Source of the DNA: an uncultured Methanoregulaceae archaeon
GTDB lineage: Archaea; Halobacteriota; Methanomicrobia; Methanomicrobiales; Methanospirillaceae
Assembly: GCA_963841015.1 (NCBI GenBank)
Contig: CAWJAX010000003.1
Span: 576,001-640,000 of the forward strand
Direction of reading: 5' to 3'
Length of the DNA: 64,000 nucleotides
The position numbers and the translations under genes were made by a program. Numbering within the stretch: position 1 is the stretch's first letter; each line of letters begins with the position of its first letter. This document shows positions 32,755 through 43,480 of this stretch, one piece after another. The notes under the pieces were generated by a model. It did not search any database. It was not told where the DNA came from and saw only the letters and a list, made by a program, of their open reading frames with translations.

Positions 32755-35259
32755 ATGAATCACGATAAGGAATCAATCGATTTTTATAAAGATATGAATA
32801 TTCACCCGGTAGGAATGCCAAAACAGGACATTCCAAAATCAGCACATCTTAATATGACCGATGCAGACCTTGTGGCATTTTATTCCGAACGATACGCAGA
32901 TTTTAATTTTGCTGAGTTTTTGGAGAACGAGGGAAAAGAGCGGCTCTTTGGCTTATGTAATATGGTAAAACCCGGGGAATCTTTCCTCGATATCGGTTGT
33001 GCTGATGGAGGCCTTATGAATGTTTTGTATAAGCGTGCCATTTACGGAATAGGTCTAGATCTTGCGGTAACCAACATCCTTCGCGGGAGAGAAAAATATC
33101 CTCATCTCAAATTTATTCATGGTTTTGCAGAAGAAATTCCCTTTATCGATAAATATTTTGATGTTATTCTTCTTGGAGATATCATTGAGCATTTTAGGAA
33201 TCCCACAATTGCATTAAATGAATGTCTAAGAGTTGTAAAGAAAGGATTGATCATTTCCGTACCGATCAAAGAAGAAGTGTCAGAAGAACATATTAATCCA
33301 TTTAGCGTTGAAAAAATTTTATCGTTATTAGATCAATTCACCCTCAAAATTACATTTTTCAATATTTATGGTATTTCCATATCGAAAGATGAGGCAATTG
33401 CCAAATTAAAGACATTTCCCTGGTTATTGATACGAGCGGAAAAAAACGAGAAAACTGATGAAATCTTGAATAGGTATGAACCTTTTTTGTTGGATTTTGA
33501 AAAAAAAACACAGGACGAATTGTTACGTAAAGACCAATGGGAAAAGGGAAATTTTCATCATCGTGATCAAACTGAAATTTCCCGATTTGATTTGGTTTCC
33601 CAGTTAATAGAAGGCAATGAAGTATTAGAAATCGGGTCTGGAAATGGTGATAGTACTATAGCATTATCAAAAACAAAATGCCATGTGATTGGAATTGATA
33701 TTAGTAAAACAGGAATTATCGAAGCTCAAACATTCGCGAAACAGATTAATTTAGACATCAATCCAACTTTCGCGTTTATGAGTGGTAGTTCCCTTGCATT
33801 TAAAGAAAATTCTTTTGATACGGTAATTTTACCTGAAATTATTGAACACCTGAAAAGTCCTCGCAGAATTATTCAAGAAGCGATTCGTGTCATTCGAAAT
33901 GGTGGGAGAATTATTATTTCCGTACCAGATGGACTCATGGTACCATGGGAGGGTCATCTTAGAATATTCTTCAAGGACACATTAACAACGGAACTTGATC
34001 AATATACAAAAGAAATAACCTGGTACGAATTACCCTTTAAAAAATGGATAATTTGTAGTTTTTTTGTCACGAAAAGCGAGTCTCAAATTACCTTGGGTCC
34101 TCAAATTGATATATTAATGCCAACGTACAATGGGAAAAAAACTATTGAGCGTGCAATAAAGAGTATCATTAACCAAACTTATGAAAATTGGAATTTGATA
34201 GTTATCAATGACGGAGGTGAGGATCTTCAGAATGTTATTGAAAATTTGAATGATCCCCGGATAAAATATCTTGTAACAGATCATCACGGAAAGTCTCATG
34301 CATTGAATGTTGGAATTAAGAATTCTCATGGAAAATATATTTCATATCTTGATGATGATGATCTTCTCTATCCAATACATCTTGAAGTATTAATAAAATC
34401 TGCTGAAAACGAAAGGAAAGAATTTGTTTATGTCGATTGGTATGAGGTTTCTGTTAATGAACATGGGAAAGAATTTCAGCGAATGGTGGAATTTAGAGAA
34501 GATGTAACTCCGGAGATGCTTATAACTCAAAATTATATAAATCATAAATGTATATTACATTCACGGGAACTATTGAACAAAACCGGCTTATATGATGAAA
34601 CACTTGATATTTTAATTGATTGGGACATTATCCGAAGATTGGCTTTCCATGAAAAGCCATTTCATATCTGGTCTTTCACCAGTGAGCGTATTTGCTATTA
34701 TAAAAATAATATATTGCAGAATCGGATTTCTGGATTAGGGAAAACTGATAAAGAAAAAGTTAGTGCGTCAATAAAAAAAATTATCCATAAAACTAAAGAA
34801 TTACATGCAAAAACCGATGAATTAAATGCAGCTTTAGAGAATTCGATGGTAAATTTTTCTTATTATCATAGGGTATTTTTAAGTGAATTAAATAGTAATT
34901 TACAAACAAAAGATAATCAAATTCTGGAAATTTCAAATCAGGTTACTAACCTCAATCAGACTCTTTCGATGAGAGATAAACAACTCCAGGAAGCCGCCAC
35001 GCTTGTCACTAACCTCAACCAAAGTATTGCTGAAAAAGATCAGGAAATCAGTAAGTTGGATCAGGAAAACAGTAAGTTATTTGAACAAATCTGCATTTTG
35101 AAAGATGAGATTTCTTCATTAAAGGGTAGTATATCCTATCTGTTATTAACAAAATTCCATAAAAACATTATTGAACGAGTTCTTCCTAAAACCACGCGAA
35201 GAAGAAAATTTTATGATTTGGCATTAAAACGGGCAAGAATTCTTATTAATAAGGGATGA
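32755..35259 (+). CDS. Multidomain protein: two SAM methyltransferase domains + GT2 + C-terminal coiled coil
   Basis: LDIGCADG...IIEH; LEIGSGNG...IIEH; ILMPTYN, NDGG, YLDDDD, DWD; heptad-rich tail. Confidence 0.82.
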   Translation: MNHDKESIDFYKDMNIHPVGMPKQDIPKSAHLNMTDADLVAFYSERYADFNFAEFLENEGKERLFGLCNMVKPGESFLDIGCADGGLMNVLYKRAIYGIGLDLAVTNILRGREKYPHLKFIHGFAEEIPFIDKYFDVILLGDIIEHFRNPTIALNECLRVVKKGLIISVPIKEEVSEEHINPFSVEKILSLLDQFTLKITFFNIYGISISKDEAIAKLKTFPWLLIRAEKNEKTDEILNRYEPFLLDFEKKTQDELLRKDQWEKGNFHHRDQTEISRFDLVSQLIEGNEVLEIGSGNGDSTIALSKTKCHVIGIDISKTGIIEAQTFAKQINLDINPTFAFMSGSSLAFKENSFDTVILPEIIEHLKSPRRIIQEAIRVIRNGGRIIISVPDGLMVPWEGHLRIFFKDTLTTELDQYTKEITWYELPFKKWIICSFFVTKSESQITLGPQIDILMPTYNGKKTIERAIKSIINQTYENWNLIVINDGGEDLQNVIENLNDPRIKYLVTDHHGKSHALNVGIKNSHGKYISYLDDDDLLYPIHLEVLIKSAENERKEFVYVDWYEVSVNEHGKEFQRMVEFREDVTPEMLITQNYINHKCILHSRELLNKTGLYDETLDILIDWDIIRRLAFHEKPFHIWSFTSERICYYKNNILQNRISGLGKTDKEKVSASIKKIIHKTKELHAKTDELNAALENSMVNFSYYHRVFLSELNSNLQTKDNQILEISNQVTNLNQTLSMRDKQLQEAATLVTNLNQSIAEKDQEISKLDQENSKLFEQICILKDEISSLKGSISYLLLTKFHKNIIERVLPKTTRRRKFYDLALKRARILINKG
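35038..35079 (+). repeat. 21-nt tandem duplication encoding two heptads (DQEISKL/DQENSKL)
   Basis: GATCAGGAAATCAGTAAGTTG followed by GATCAGGAAAACAGTAAGTTA. Confidence 0.85.
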
Positions 35260-35492
35260 ATTCGTTTCAGGCAATAATTCAATGAAAAAAGGTTACATGA
35301 ACGTATACTATAGAAAAAGAAAAGGATCGTCTTATGTGAGGTGTTCGAATCAAGATTTTCTCAAAATAGGAAAATTCAGTTTCTGAACCAAGTCCTTCTG
35401 CATGATTTGGTCTCTTTCCAAAAAAATATTGAAATTTTAATGGATTTCAAGATTATTGTTCGGAATAGAAAAATACTATTACTAGAAAATAT

Positions 35493-36272
35493 ATGAATAT
35501 GAAATTTATTGAACGTTTTTTTCCTAAGGATCATATTTCTTTACCGGATGAAAAATTGCAGATATCCGTAGGAGGGGGGTTTGATTCTGCCGGAAAAGAA
35601 TTTTTGAACCATTTTATTTCAATGGGTGAGTTGAAACCCTATGAAGCAATATTAGATGTTGGTTGTGGTTGTGGAAGGATGAGTCTTCCTCTTACCACAT
35701 ATCTTAATAACAAGGGTCGTTATGATGGGTTCGATATTGTCAAGGAAAGTGTAGCATGGTGTCAACAAAACATCTCCAAAAAATATCCCAATTTTAATTT
35801 TAAGCATTCGGATATATATAATAAAGAATATAATAAGAATGGTAAAATAAACTCCAGAGATTTTATTTTTCCTTACGATGATAATTCATTTGATTTCATT
35901 TTTTTAACTTCTGTTTTTACGCATATGCTTCCTGAGGATATGGAACACTATTTTTCGGAAATATCGAGGACATTAAAGAATGGGGGTAGATGCCTCATAT
36001 CATTTTTCCTCTTAAATGAAGAATCAAGATTATTGATGAAAGAAAAACCCCAGCAACTAAAATTTGAATTTGACCAGGAAATATTTCGGACAATCGATGC
36101 GGATATACCTGAAAAAGCAATCAGTTATGATGAAAAGTATATCAAACAAGTGTATTTGAAGAATAATATTCGTATTAAATACCCGATTCATTATGGTTTT
36201 TGGTGCTCCAGATCAACCCATTTAAGTTACCAGGATATAATTATTGGAATTAAAGACATTTCAAAATCATAA
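35493..36272 (+). CDS. Class I SAM-dependent methyltransferase
   Basis: ILDVGCGCGR, FDFIFLTSVFTHM, LK.GG. Confidence 0.88.
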   Translation: MNMKFIERFFPKDHISLPDEKLQISVGGGFDSAGKEFLNHFISMGELKPYEAILDVGCGCGRMSLPLTTYLNNKGRYDGFDIVKESVAWCQQNISKKYPNFNFKHSDIYNKEYNKNGKINSRDFIFPYDDNSFDFIFLTSVFTHMLPEDMEHYFSEISRTLKNGGRCLISFFLLNEESRLLMKEKPQQLKFEFDQEIFRTIDADIPEKAISYDEKYIKQVYLKNNIRIKYPIHYGFWCSRSTHLSYQDIIIGIKDISKS

Positions 36273-36491
36273 TCCAGATGCGCAAAAACCTTTTCTTTTA
36301 TTTAGTTTCATGACTTAAGACTGGTTCCAAATTGAAGATCATTTTTGGTCACTCGCTACAAAATTGACTGAAAGGATTCATATTAGTCGTTTCAGGGATT
36401 ACAAATTAAAATCGATTAGAGAGTTTCATGGGGATTTAATTTCTTTTTGTTTTTTTCGGTTTTTGCAAAATATTATGATATTTTTCCTTTG

Positions 36492-37415
36492 TTATGCTTG
36501 ATCTTTTTTACTTTTTTGATACATTAACTGACCCTTTTTATAATAATAATTCATGATAGTATCAACCTCTCGGAAACTTATCCAGTTTAAAAATCTGTCC
36601 GTAAATGAAAAAAGATATTTTAATACCAAAACCAACAGGGTTTTCCTGATTCCATCTGGTTTTAAGGTGTCAGTGATTTTGAGAAAATTTTTTAATTCTG
36701 GGTGCAATTCAGAAAAAATACCACTGGAATACCCACATTTAATTTGCCGTTCACAGAAGGATAGAATGTTGATATTGTGATCATGATACGCCAAAGCTTT
36801 TTCATTATATATTATTTTCAGACCTTTTTGAGCAAGGCGGTACCCCAATTCGGTGTCTTCCCATGCAGCAAAAGGGAACGTTTCATCAAATTTATTTCGC
36901 AATAAACAAGATGTGTTCAATGAAATATTCGACGTGTAAAAGAAGTTAAAAGGAACTATATCATTATGTTTGATTAAAGAATAACCAAATTGCAATCCAT
37001 ATTCCTGGATATAATTCATGAATGGTGTAATTTTTATATCTGAAATCCAGACTGTTTTTCCCAAAACTGCAATGTTTCGTGAATATTGATAGTTCTGATG
37101 AGTAAGGATGTGCTCTTTCAATAATGACTCAGAAGGAATAATATCATCGCCAGTTATTAAAACAAGGCGTGTTGTAACCTCATCAATTCCAACATTTCGA
37201 GCAACTCCAGGCCCTGAATTCGTCTTTTTACGGTATTTTAGTTTCATATCAGGGTGATTTAAAATAAAAACGTGAACCATTTCTTCTGTATTATCGGTAG
37301 AGCCATCATCTACAATAATTATTTCAAAGAAAAATTCCTTAAGTTTGTAATACGCACTTAACGTTTTATTGAGGGTAGATGACCGATTGTATGTTGGAAT
37401 TATTATACTAATCAT
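36492..37415 (-). CDS. Glycosyltransferase family 2
   Basis: ISIIIPTYNR, VDDGSTD, ARNVG, GDD, WEDTELGYRL. Confidence 0.9.
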   Translation of the reverse strand: MISIIIPTYNRSSTLNKTLSAYYKLKEFFFEIIIVDDGSTDNTEEMVHVFILNHPDMKLKYRKKTNSGPGVARNVGIDEVTTRLVLITGDDIIPSESLLKEHILTHQNYQYSRNIAVLGKTVWISDIKITPFMNYIQEYGLQFGYSLIKHNDIVPFNFFYTSNISLNTSCLLRNKFDETFPFAAWEDTELGYRLAQKGLKIIYNEKALAYHDHNINILSFCERQIKCGYSSGIFSELHPELKNFLKITDTLKPDGIRKTLLVLVLKYLFSFTDRFLNWISFREVDTIMNYYYKKGQLMYQKSKKDQA

Positions 37416-39138
37416 AGTTAAAATCGCAGATGTAACTAGATAATGATAAATTGATAGTATAAAAGGGGTCTTGTTTTATTAAAGCACCCCATTTGTTTAT
37501 CATGTATTGAGCTTCATCTGAACTAACACAATAACCTCTTGACGCAGATTCATGGTGGATGAGTTCAGCATATGGAGTAAAAACATTCCAATAATTCTTA
37601 CTTAAAAGTTTAAGGCAAAAATCGACATCATTATAACATACTGCAAGCGCAGGTTCAAACCCTCCTACTGAAAAAAATTTTTCTTTTGAGACCATCATGC
37701 AAGCACCAGTGATTGCAGAATAATTCCTTATTGTATTGATTAAATTGAAATACCCCGTGTTATCATAAGGAACTCCCTGAAACCAATGCCCGGCTATTCC
37801 TGTACTTTGATCGGGACTCATCCCGAGTATCACACCTGCATGTTGAATTTTCCTGTTGGGATAGAGTAATTTACAACCAACCGCCCCGACTTCAGGTCGC
37901 TGTGCATGTTCTAACAGGCATTCCATCCAGTCTCCGGATACAATTTCTGTATCATTATTCAGAAAAAGCAAGTATTCCCCGTTTGCGTGTTGAACGGCAA
38001 AATTATTAATTGCGGAAAAATTAAATAGACCAGAATAGGGTAAAACGCGATGTTGTGTTCGATTTAAAAAATCTATTGTATCAGATGATGATGATTCATG
38101 ATCAATAATGAGAATTTCAAAATTTTTATATGTTGATTTTACTTCGATCGATTCGATACATCGTTCAAGCAGTTGGCATTTATCTTTCGTAGGAATTATA
38201 ATTGAGATTTTCGGAGTACCCAGGATTTTTCTTTTTACCCTGTATGATGTTGGCCATAATCCATCGAGAACAATTCCTTCAATTCCCCGCCGGTTCAGAG
38301 CATCCTGTATTGCTTTTTTCGCAGCGATAATAATTTTTCCATCCTTAGCCATTGGATCATATGCAGAGGATCCTTCCGATATTCTCCAATGGTATAGAAC
38401 CTTTGGTATATGCCCAATTTCTGAATGATCAACGAATTCTAAAAACCTCAAGAGAAGATCATAATCTTGGCTATATTCACATTCATATCTGAATCCCCCA
38501 ATCTTATCCAAATAATATTTCCGGTAGACCGTGAGATGATTTATGTATCCACATGATAAAATTAGATCTGGAGACCATTCAGGTTTAAAAAAAGGTGATA
38601 CACGATATCCGTCAGGATCTATCTTATCTTCATCTGTGTATATCAAAGATAAATTTGGTTTTTGATTAAGTAGTGACGCGAGTTCAAACAATGCATGGGG
38701 GGCTAAAGTATCATCATGATCAAGCAATCCAATAAATTCTCCTGTTGCCAGTTTTAATGCACGATTTGAGTTTCCTGATATGCCATAATTTTTATCCGCC
38801 CAATCTATTTTTATTTTATTATTTTTATAACTATATTTTTTTAATATTTCCTTAATTTTAGGATTTATTGATGCTGCTTCACAGATACAAAGTTCGTAAT
38901 TTGGGTAAATTTGCCCTTCTACTGAGTCAAGCATCGCAATCAAAAAATCTGGATCCGTGTTCCAGACTGGGCATATTAAACTAATTATTGGTTTATTACG
39001 GAAATTTGCGGCATCATTTCGCATTTTTTCCAGGATCGATTTTGCGGGCTCTTTTGTTTTGATCCAATTATTATATGAATCAGGTTTTCCTACTTTATTT
39101 GTATCGAAATAGTGTTTGATCAACTTTGAAATCTTCAT
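37408..39138 (-). CDS. Glycosyltransferase family 2, tandem two-domain (putative rhamnan polymerase-type)
   Basis: LDHDD.L, YTDEDKI, PFFKPEWSPD, QDYDL, LYHWR; second domain IIIPTKD, FNFSAINN, LNNDTE, YNDVD.CL, HHES.SRG. Confidence 0.9.
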   Translation of the reverse strand: MKISKLIKHYFDTNKVGKPDSYNNWIKTKEPAKSILEKMRNDAANFRNKPIISLICPVWNTDPDFLIAMLDSVEGQIYPNYELCICEAASINPKIKEILKKYSYKNNKIKIDWADKNYGISGNSNRALKLATGEFIGLLDHDDTLAPHALFELASLLNQKPNLSLIYTDEDKIDPDGYRVSPFFKPEWSPDLILSCGYINHLTVYRKYYLDKIGGFRYECEYSQDYDLLLRFLEFVDHSEIGHIPKVLYHWRISEGSSAYDPMAKDGKIIIAAKKAIQDALNRRGIEGIVLDGLWPTSYRVKRKILGTPKISIIIPTKDKCQLLERCIESIEVKSTYKNFEILIIDHESSSSDTIDFLNRTQHRVLPYSGLFNFSAINNFAVQHANGEYLLFLNNDTEIVSGDWMECLLEHAQRPEVGAVGCKLLYPNRKIQHAGVILGMSPDQSTGIAGHWFQGVPYDNTGYFNLINTIRNYSAITGACMMVSKEKFFSVGGFEPALAVCYNDVDFCLKLLSKNYWNVFTPYAELIHHESASRGYCVSSDEAQYMINKWGALIKQDPFYTINLSLSSYICDFNYD

Positions 39139-39294
39139 ATCATCAATCCAAGAAATTCATCTGTATCTGAAAATGAAAAATATTACAAAATGCTATAGTA
39201 TACATATTTTCGTTTAGGCTGATATAATTTTTTTAGGTATTAATTGACTCCGTTGACATCCTTGTCAGGGCATATGATTTTTTCTTTTTTCAGG

Positions 39295-39720
39295 GATTTA
39301 TCAATAAATTATGCGATACATTTAAGTTTTTTTCCTGATCACCCAATTGGATTTTCTTATATCCCCCAAATCTTCCTTTAATCATAAAAAACACAGTTTC
39401 TAAATGATTGCATTTTCCCTTTATCAGTTCTTCACTAATTTACCTCACTAATATCATATATCAAACTTTTTTTCCACCGTAGAATTTTCTAACAATAATC
39501 CGGGTTCAAATAGAAGAAATAATTTCAGAGAGATTGTAGAGAATAATTTTTATCTTAAGTTCTTTAATCTGGAATCAATATTTTCTCGATTTGAGGAATT
39601 CACCAACCTTTTTTTCCTTATGGAGAATACCATTTCGACCAGATTCCTGTGATTATTCACGATTGATTCAATTTCATTCCGTGTTCTGAAGAGAATCCGG
39701 AATAAGATCCACCAGGCTCA
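39295..39720 (-). mobile_element. Two adjacent, highly decayed transposase C-terminal remnants (same family as 21425-21835)
   Basis: 39525-39660: HRNLVE/VFSI...GEFLKSRKY*FQIKELKIKIILYNL; 39300-39420: CNHLETVFFMIKGRFGG. Confidence 0.55.
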
Positions 39721-39901
39721 ATCAGTGACTAAGTTAAGGATTTTTTTTTCACAACTACCAAAGATCGATGTAATCGGACTAATATTTACCGGAAATCTAT
39801 TGGGGTTTTAACCATCCTGAAGATTCGAATATTATCCGAAGAGTTTTCATGTTTATTAACACACACATTGTAACGATTATGGGTTCCTTTAGGTGCACTC
39901 C

Positions 39902-41173
39902 ATGAAAGTTTCAGTTATTGGTGGGGGTTATGTTGGTCTTGTATCTGGGGCATGCTTTGCGGAGCTCGGGCATGAAGTAATAATAATCGATATTGATCCT
40001 GCAAAAGTACAGGCAATAAATGAAAAAAGATCGCCTATTAATGAAACCGGTCTTGAAGAACAGCTTAAGCAGCATGTCGGAAGCCGGCTCCGTGCAAGTG
40101 TTGAATATGATTCAGTTGCATCGGCCGATATCATTTTCATCTGCGTTGGTACACCCCAAAAATCTGACGGAAGTGCGAACCTTTCTTACATCGAATCTGC
40201 CAGTGCATTGATTGGGGCTGCACGGAAAGATATTCCTGCATATTGTGTCGTTGTCGTGAAGAGTACAGTACCCCCGGGAACTACGGAGAATATCGTTCGT
40301 CCTGGGATTTTACAGTCAGCACAGAAAACCGAGGGAGAAATCGGATTTGTAATGAATCCGGAGTTTCTTCGGGAAGGCCGGGCTATGGAAGACTTTATGC
40401 ACCCGGATCGCATTATCATCGGAAGCACCGATGACCAGGCTTTTGATTGTTTAGCTAAAGTATATTATAATCTCGATGCGCCCGTTATCCGAACCAGTAC
40501 TACTGCTGCGGAAATGATCAAGTATACCTCGAATGCTTTCCTTGCCACAAAGATCTCATTCGCAAACGAGATTGGTAATATCTGCAAAAAGCTTGGCATT
40601 GACGTATATGAAGTGATGAGCGGTGTCGGACTTGATCATAGGATTGGGCAGCAATTCCTGAATGCTGGTGTGGGGTTTGGAGGCAGCTGCTTTCCAAAAG
40701 ATGTCTCATCCCTTATCTCTCTGGCAAAAACTTTCGGTGAAGACCCGCACATCCTTAAAGCAGTTATGGATGTGAACGAGAAGCAGCCTAATCGGCTTAT
40801 CAAGCTGCTTTGTGCCCGTATCGGGAATTTTAGCGGTAAAAAAATTGCTGTGCTCGGCCTTGCATTCAAAGACAACACGGACGACATAAGGGACTCAAGG
40901 GCGATTCCGGTGATTCAGGAATTATTACAGAGGGGAGCACGGGTTGCAGCTTACGACCCCGTGGCTATTCCTAATATGCGCCGGATTTTTCCCTCAATTG
41001 AATACTTCGGTAGTGCAGCCGAAGCACTCAATGATGCGGATGCTTGTCTTGTGATGACCGAATGGCCGGAATTTGGAAAGATTGACAAGGAGTTTGAACA
41101 AATGAAAACCCGTGTTATCATTGAGGGTAGACGAATACTTACCTATGAAGATGTTGAAGGTATATGCTGGTAA
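39902..41173 (+). CDS. ugd: UDP-glucose 6-dehydrogenase
   Basis: GGGYVGL, VGTP, KSTVPPGT, NPEFLREG, GFGGSCFPKD, GLAFK..TDD.R.S. Confidence 0.94.
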   Translation: MKVSVIGGGYVGLVSGACFAELGHEVIIIDIDPAKVQAINEKRSPINETGLEEQLKQHVGSRLRASVEYDSVASADIIFICVGTPQKSDGSANLSYIESASALIGAARKDIPAYCVVVVKSTVPPGTTENIVRPGILQSAQKTEGEIGFVMNPEFLREGRAMEDFMHPDRIIIGSTDDQAFDCLAKVYYNLDAPVIRTSTTAAEMIKYTSNAFLATKISFANEIGNICKKLGIDVYEVMSGVGLDHRIGQQFLNAGVGFGGSCFPKDVSSLISLAKTFGEDPHILKAVMDVNEKQPNRLIKLLCARIGNFSGKKIAVLGLAFKDNTDDIRDSRAIPVIQELLQRGARVAAYDPVAIPNMRRIFPSIEYFGSAAEALNDADACLVMTEWPEFGKIDKEFEQMKTRVIIEGRRILTYEDVEGICW

Positions 41174-41209
41174 AGTAATAACATCCAATATCGTATTAAG
41201 GCAAGTTAC

Positions 41210-42091
41210 ATGAAAAAGAAGCATAGCGTACGGAAGGTTGTAATCCCCGCAGCTGGATTGGGAACCCGTTTCCTGCCCATCACAAAAGTTCAGCCTAAGG
41301 AGATGCTGCCGGTGGTGGATAAACCGGTAATCCAGTATGTCGTGGAGGAAGCTATCAGGTCGGGTGTGGATGATATCCTGATCATTACAGGGCGTAACAA
41401 ACGGGCGATTGAGGATCATTTTGACCGTTGCTTTGAACTTGAACAAAAATTAAAAAACCATGAAAACAACCCTTTCTCTGATGCATTAAATTCTCTATCG
41501 GATTTTCCGGATATTCATTTCATCCGGCAGCGGGAACAAAAAGGACTGGGGGATGCAATCCTTCTTGCTGAGCGACACTGTGCCAACGAGCCATTTGCAG
41601 TGCTTCTTGGGGATACGATCTGCATCTCACCGAAAAACATAGACACCTGCACCCTTCAGATGATGGATGCATTCGATCGTTATCATATCCCGATTATTGC
41701 GATAGAACCTGTTCCGATGCATAAGATCAAGGATTATGGGATTATCGAAGGGAGAGAGATCAATTCCGGGATCTATTTAATTAATGATATCATTGAAAAG
41801 CCGGCACCTGAGAATGCACCATCCAACCTCGGTGCGATCGGAAGGTATATCCTAACTCCGGAAATATTCCCGTTATTACGAAAAGTTCCCCAAGGGCATG
41901 GTGGAGAGATCCAGCTAACCGATGCGCTTCGGGGTCTTCCAGAGTCCCTCGGACTTGTTACCAACTGTCGGCGCTATGATATTGGTGACAAACTGGGCTG
42001 GATGAAATCCAGCATCGAACTCACTCTCGAACGCGAGGAATTTGCTGATGAGATGCGATCCTTTTTACAAGGACTTCTTAAAGGAGATTGA
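41210..42091 (+). CDS. galU: UTP-glucose-1-phosphate uridylyltransferase
   Basis: PAAGLGTRFLPITK.QPKEMLPVVDKP, GLGDA, EKP, GEIQLTDA. Confidence 0.95.
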   Translation: MKKKHSVRKVVIPAAGLGTRFLPITKVQPKEMLPVVDKPVIQYVVEEAIRSGVDDILIITGRNKRAIEDHFDRCFELEQKLKNHENNPFSDALNSLSDFPDIHFIRQREQKGLGDAILLAERHCANEPFAVLLGDTICISPKNIDTCTLQMMDAFDRYHIPIIAIEPVPMHKIKDYGIIEGREINSGIYLINDIIEKPAPENAPSNLGAIGRYILTPEIFPLLRKVPQGHGGEIQLTDALRGLPESLGLVTNCRRYDIGDKLGWMKSSIELTLEREEFADEMRSFLQGLLKGD

Positions 42092-43125
42092 TTATGAGGT
42101 TGAAACTCGAGGAAGAACGTAATCAGATTCGACAAAATCTAGGAACTGTCTCTTTTGAGGACAAGCGGGTGCTCGTAACCGGGGGTGCCGGGTTTCTTGG
42201 ATCATGGATGTGTGATACTCTCATCGACTCCGGGGCATTTGTTACCTGTATTGATAACTTTGTCAGCGGGAGGGAGCGTAATATTTCGCATCTGATGAAT
42301 AATGATAGATTTCAGTTCATCAATCATGATATCACAACCGCGCTGCCGGTTGATTCGCAGATTGATCTCGTCTTTCATATGGCAAGTCGTGCATCGCCGT
42401 TTGAGTTCGAGCACTATCCCATACAGATCCTGAAATCGAATACCCTGGGGGTACTTGTTGCTCTTGGGATTGCCAAAAAACATGATGCGGTGCTTGTCTA
42501 CACCTCAACGAGTGAAGTATATGGAAACCCAGATATCATCCCCACTCCGGAATCGTATTTTGGCAATGTGAATCCTATTGGGCCACGTGGATGTTACGAT
42601 GAAGCCAAGCGCTGCGGGGAAGCATACGTGGTGGCATTCCAAAGACAACATAATATGAATACAAGGATTGCCCGCATTTTCAATACGTATGGGCCTCGCA
42701 TAAGGATGGATGGTATTTATGGTCGGGTTGTTCCACGCTTTATTGACCAGGCACTTCATGGTGAATCCATCACCATATTTGGTGATGGAATGCAGACAAG
42801 GAGTTTCACATATGTAACCGACCAAATCGAGGGATTACTCCGGCTTGCTGCCCTCGATGAAGCCAGGGGTGAAGTGATTAATATCGGGAATATTAATGAG
42901 ATTACCATCCTTGATCTGGCAAGAAAGATTGTCGAACTGACCGGGTCGTCTTCGGATTTTGCCTTTACCCCGTTCCCACAGGATGATCCCCTTCGCAGAA
43001 AACCTGATATAACCAAGGCAAAGAGAATCCTGAACTGGGAGCCAAAGGTATCGCTTGAACAGGGATTACTAAAGACAATAAGCTGGGTGAAGGATATGCA
43101 GCAGCAATCCGCTCGGACAAGCTGA
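42088..43125 (+). CDS. UDP-glucuronate decarboxylase (UDP-xylose synthase) family SDR
   Basis: VTGGAGFLGS, ASP, TSTSEVYG, GNVNPIGPR.CYDEAKR, RIFNTYGP, DDP.RR.PDI. Confidence 0.88.
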   Translation: MIMRLKLEEERNQIRQNLGTVSFEDKRVLVTGGAGFLGSWMCDTLIDSGAFVTCIDNFVSGRERNISHLMNNDRFQFINHDITTALPVDSQIDLVFHMASRASPFEFEHYPIQILKSNTLGVLVALGIAKKHDAVLVYTSTSEVYGNPDIIPTPESYFGNVNPIGPRGCYDEAKRCGEAYVVAFQRQHNMNTRIARIFNTYGPRIRMDGIYGRVVPRFIDQALHGESITIFGDGMQTRSFTYVTDQIEGLLRLAALDEARGEVINIGNINEITILDLARKIVELTGSSSDFAFTPFPQDDPLRRKPDITKAKRILNWEPKVSLEQGLLKTISWVKDMQQQSARTS

Positions 43126-43164
43126 AAAATTGTGAAAATCTTCTTCCTCTAATAGTTACACCCA

Positions 43165-43480
43165 CGTTCCGATAGAGCAGAAGGTCCGAATACGGCAGAT
43201 GTTGAAACTTATTGCAGCAAAGATCATTATTGCATGCACCCTTTCAATTGTCGAATGGTATGGGCTGATTTGAAAACGGTCTTGATAACAACGTAAGGTC
43301 TCTTGCCATGAGAGGGTTTTCTTGAGATCCGTTTGTTTCTGAGTTTATCCCAGATGCCAATAGGGTGATTCCGTATGCCCCGTTTCATGGTTGCATCGAA
43401 TCCGAGAGGTTTAACACCGAAATATCCTTTGTCACGGTAACAACTCTGGCCAGAAGATAGGGGAGATACAATCACAGAAC
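43165..43480 (-). mobile_element. IS5-family transposase C-terminal remnant
   Basis: YRDKGYFG...ATMKRG.RNHP...DKLRNKRISR...G.RPY.VIK.VF...H; truncated and frameshifted. Confidence 0.75.

Noticed and set aside
35290-35460. Possible further transposase relic (ETEFS-like fragment on the minus strand)
   Set aside because: Too short and degenerate to support by eye
39246-39256. GACTCCGTTGA also present at about 60470, a possible IS end
   Set aside because: Only 11 nt in the same orientation, with no matching inverted partner or target duplication found
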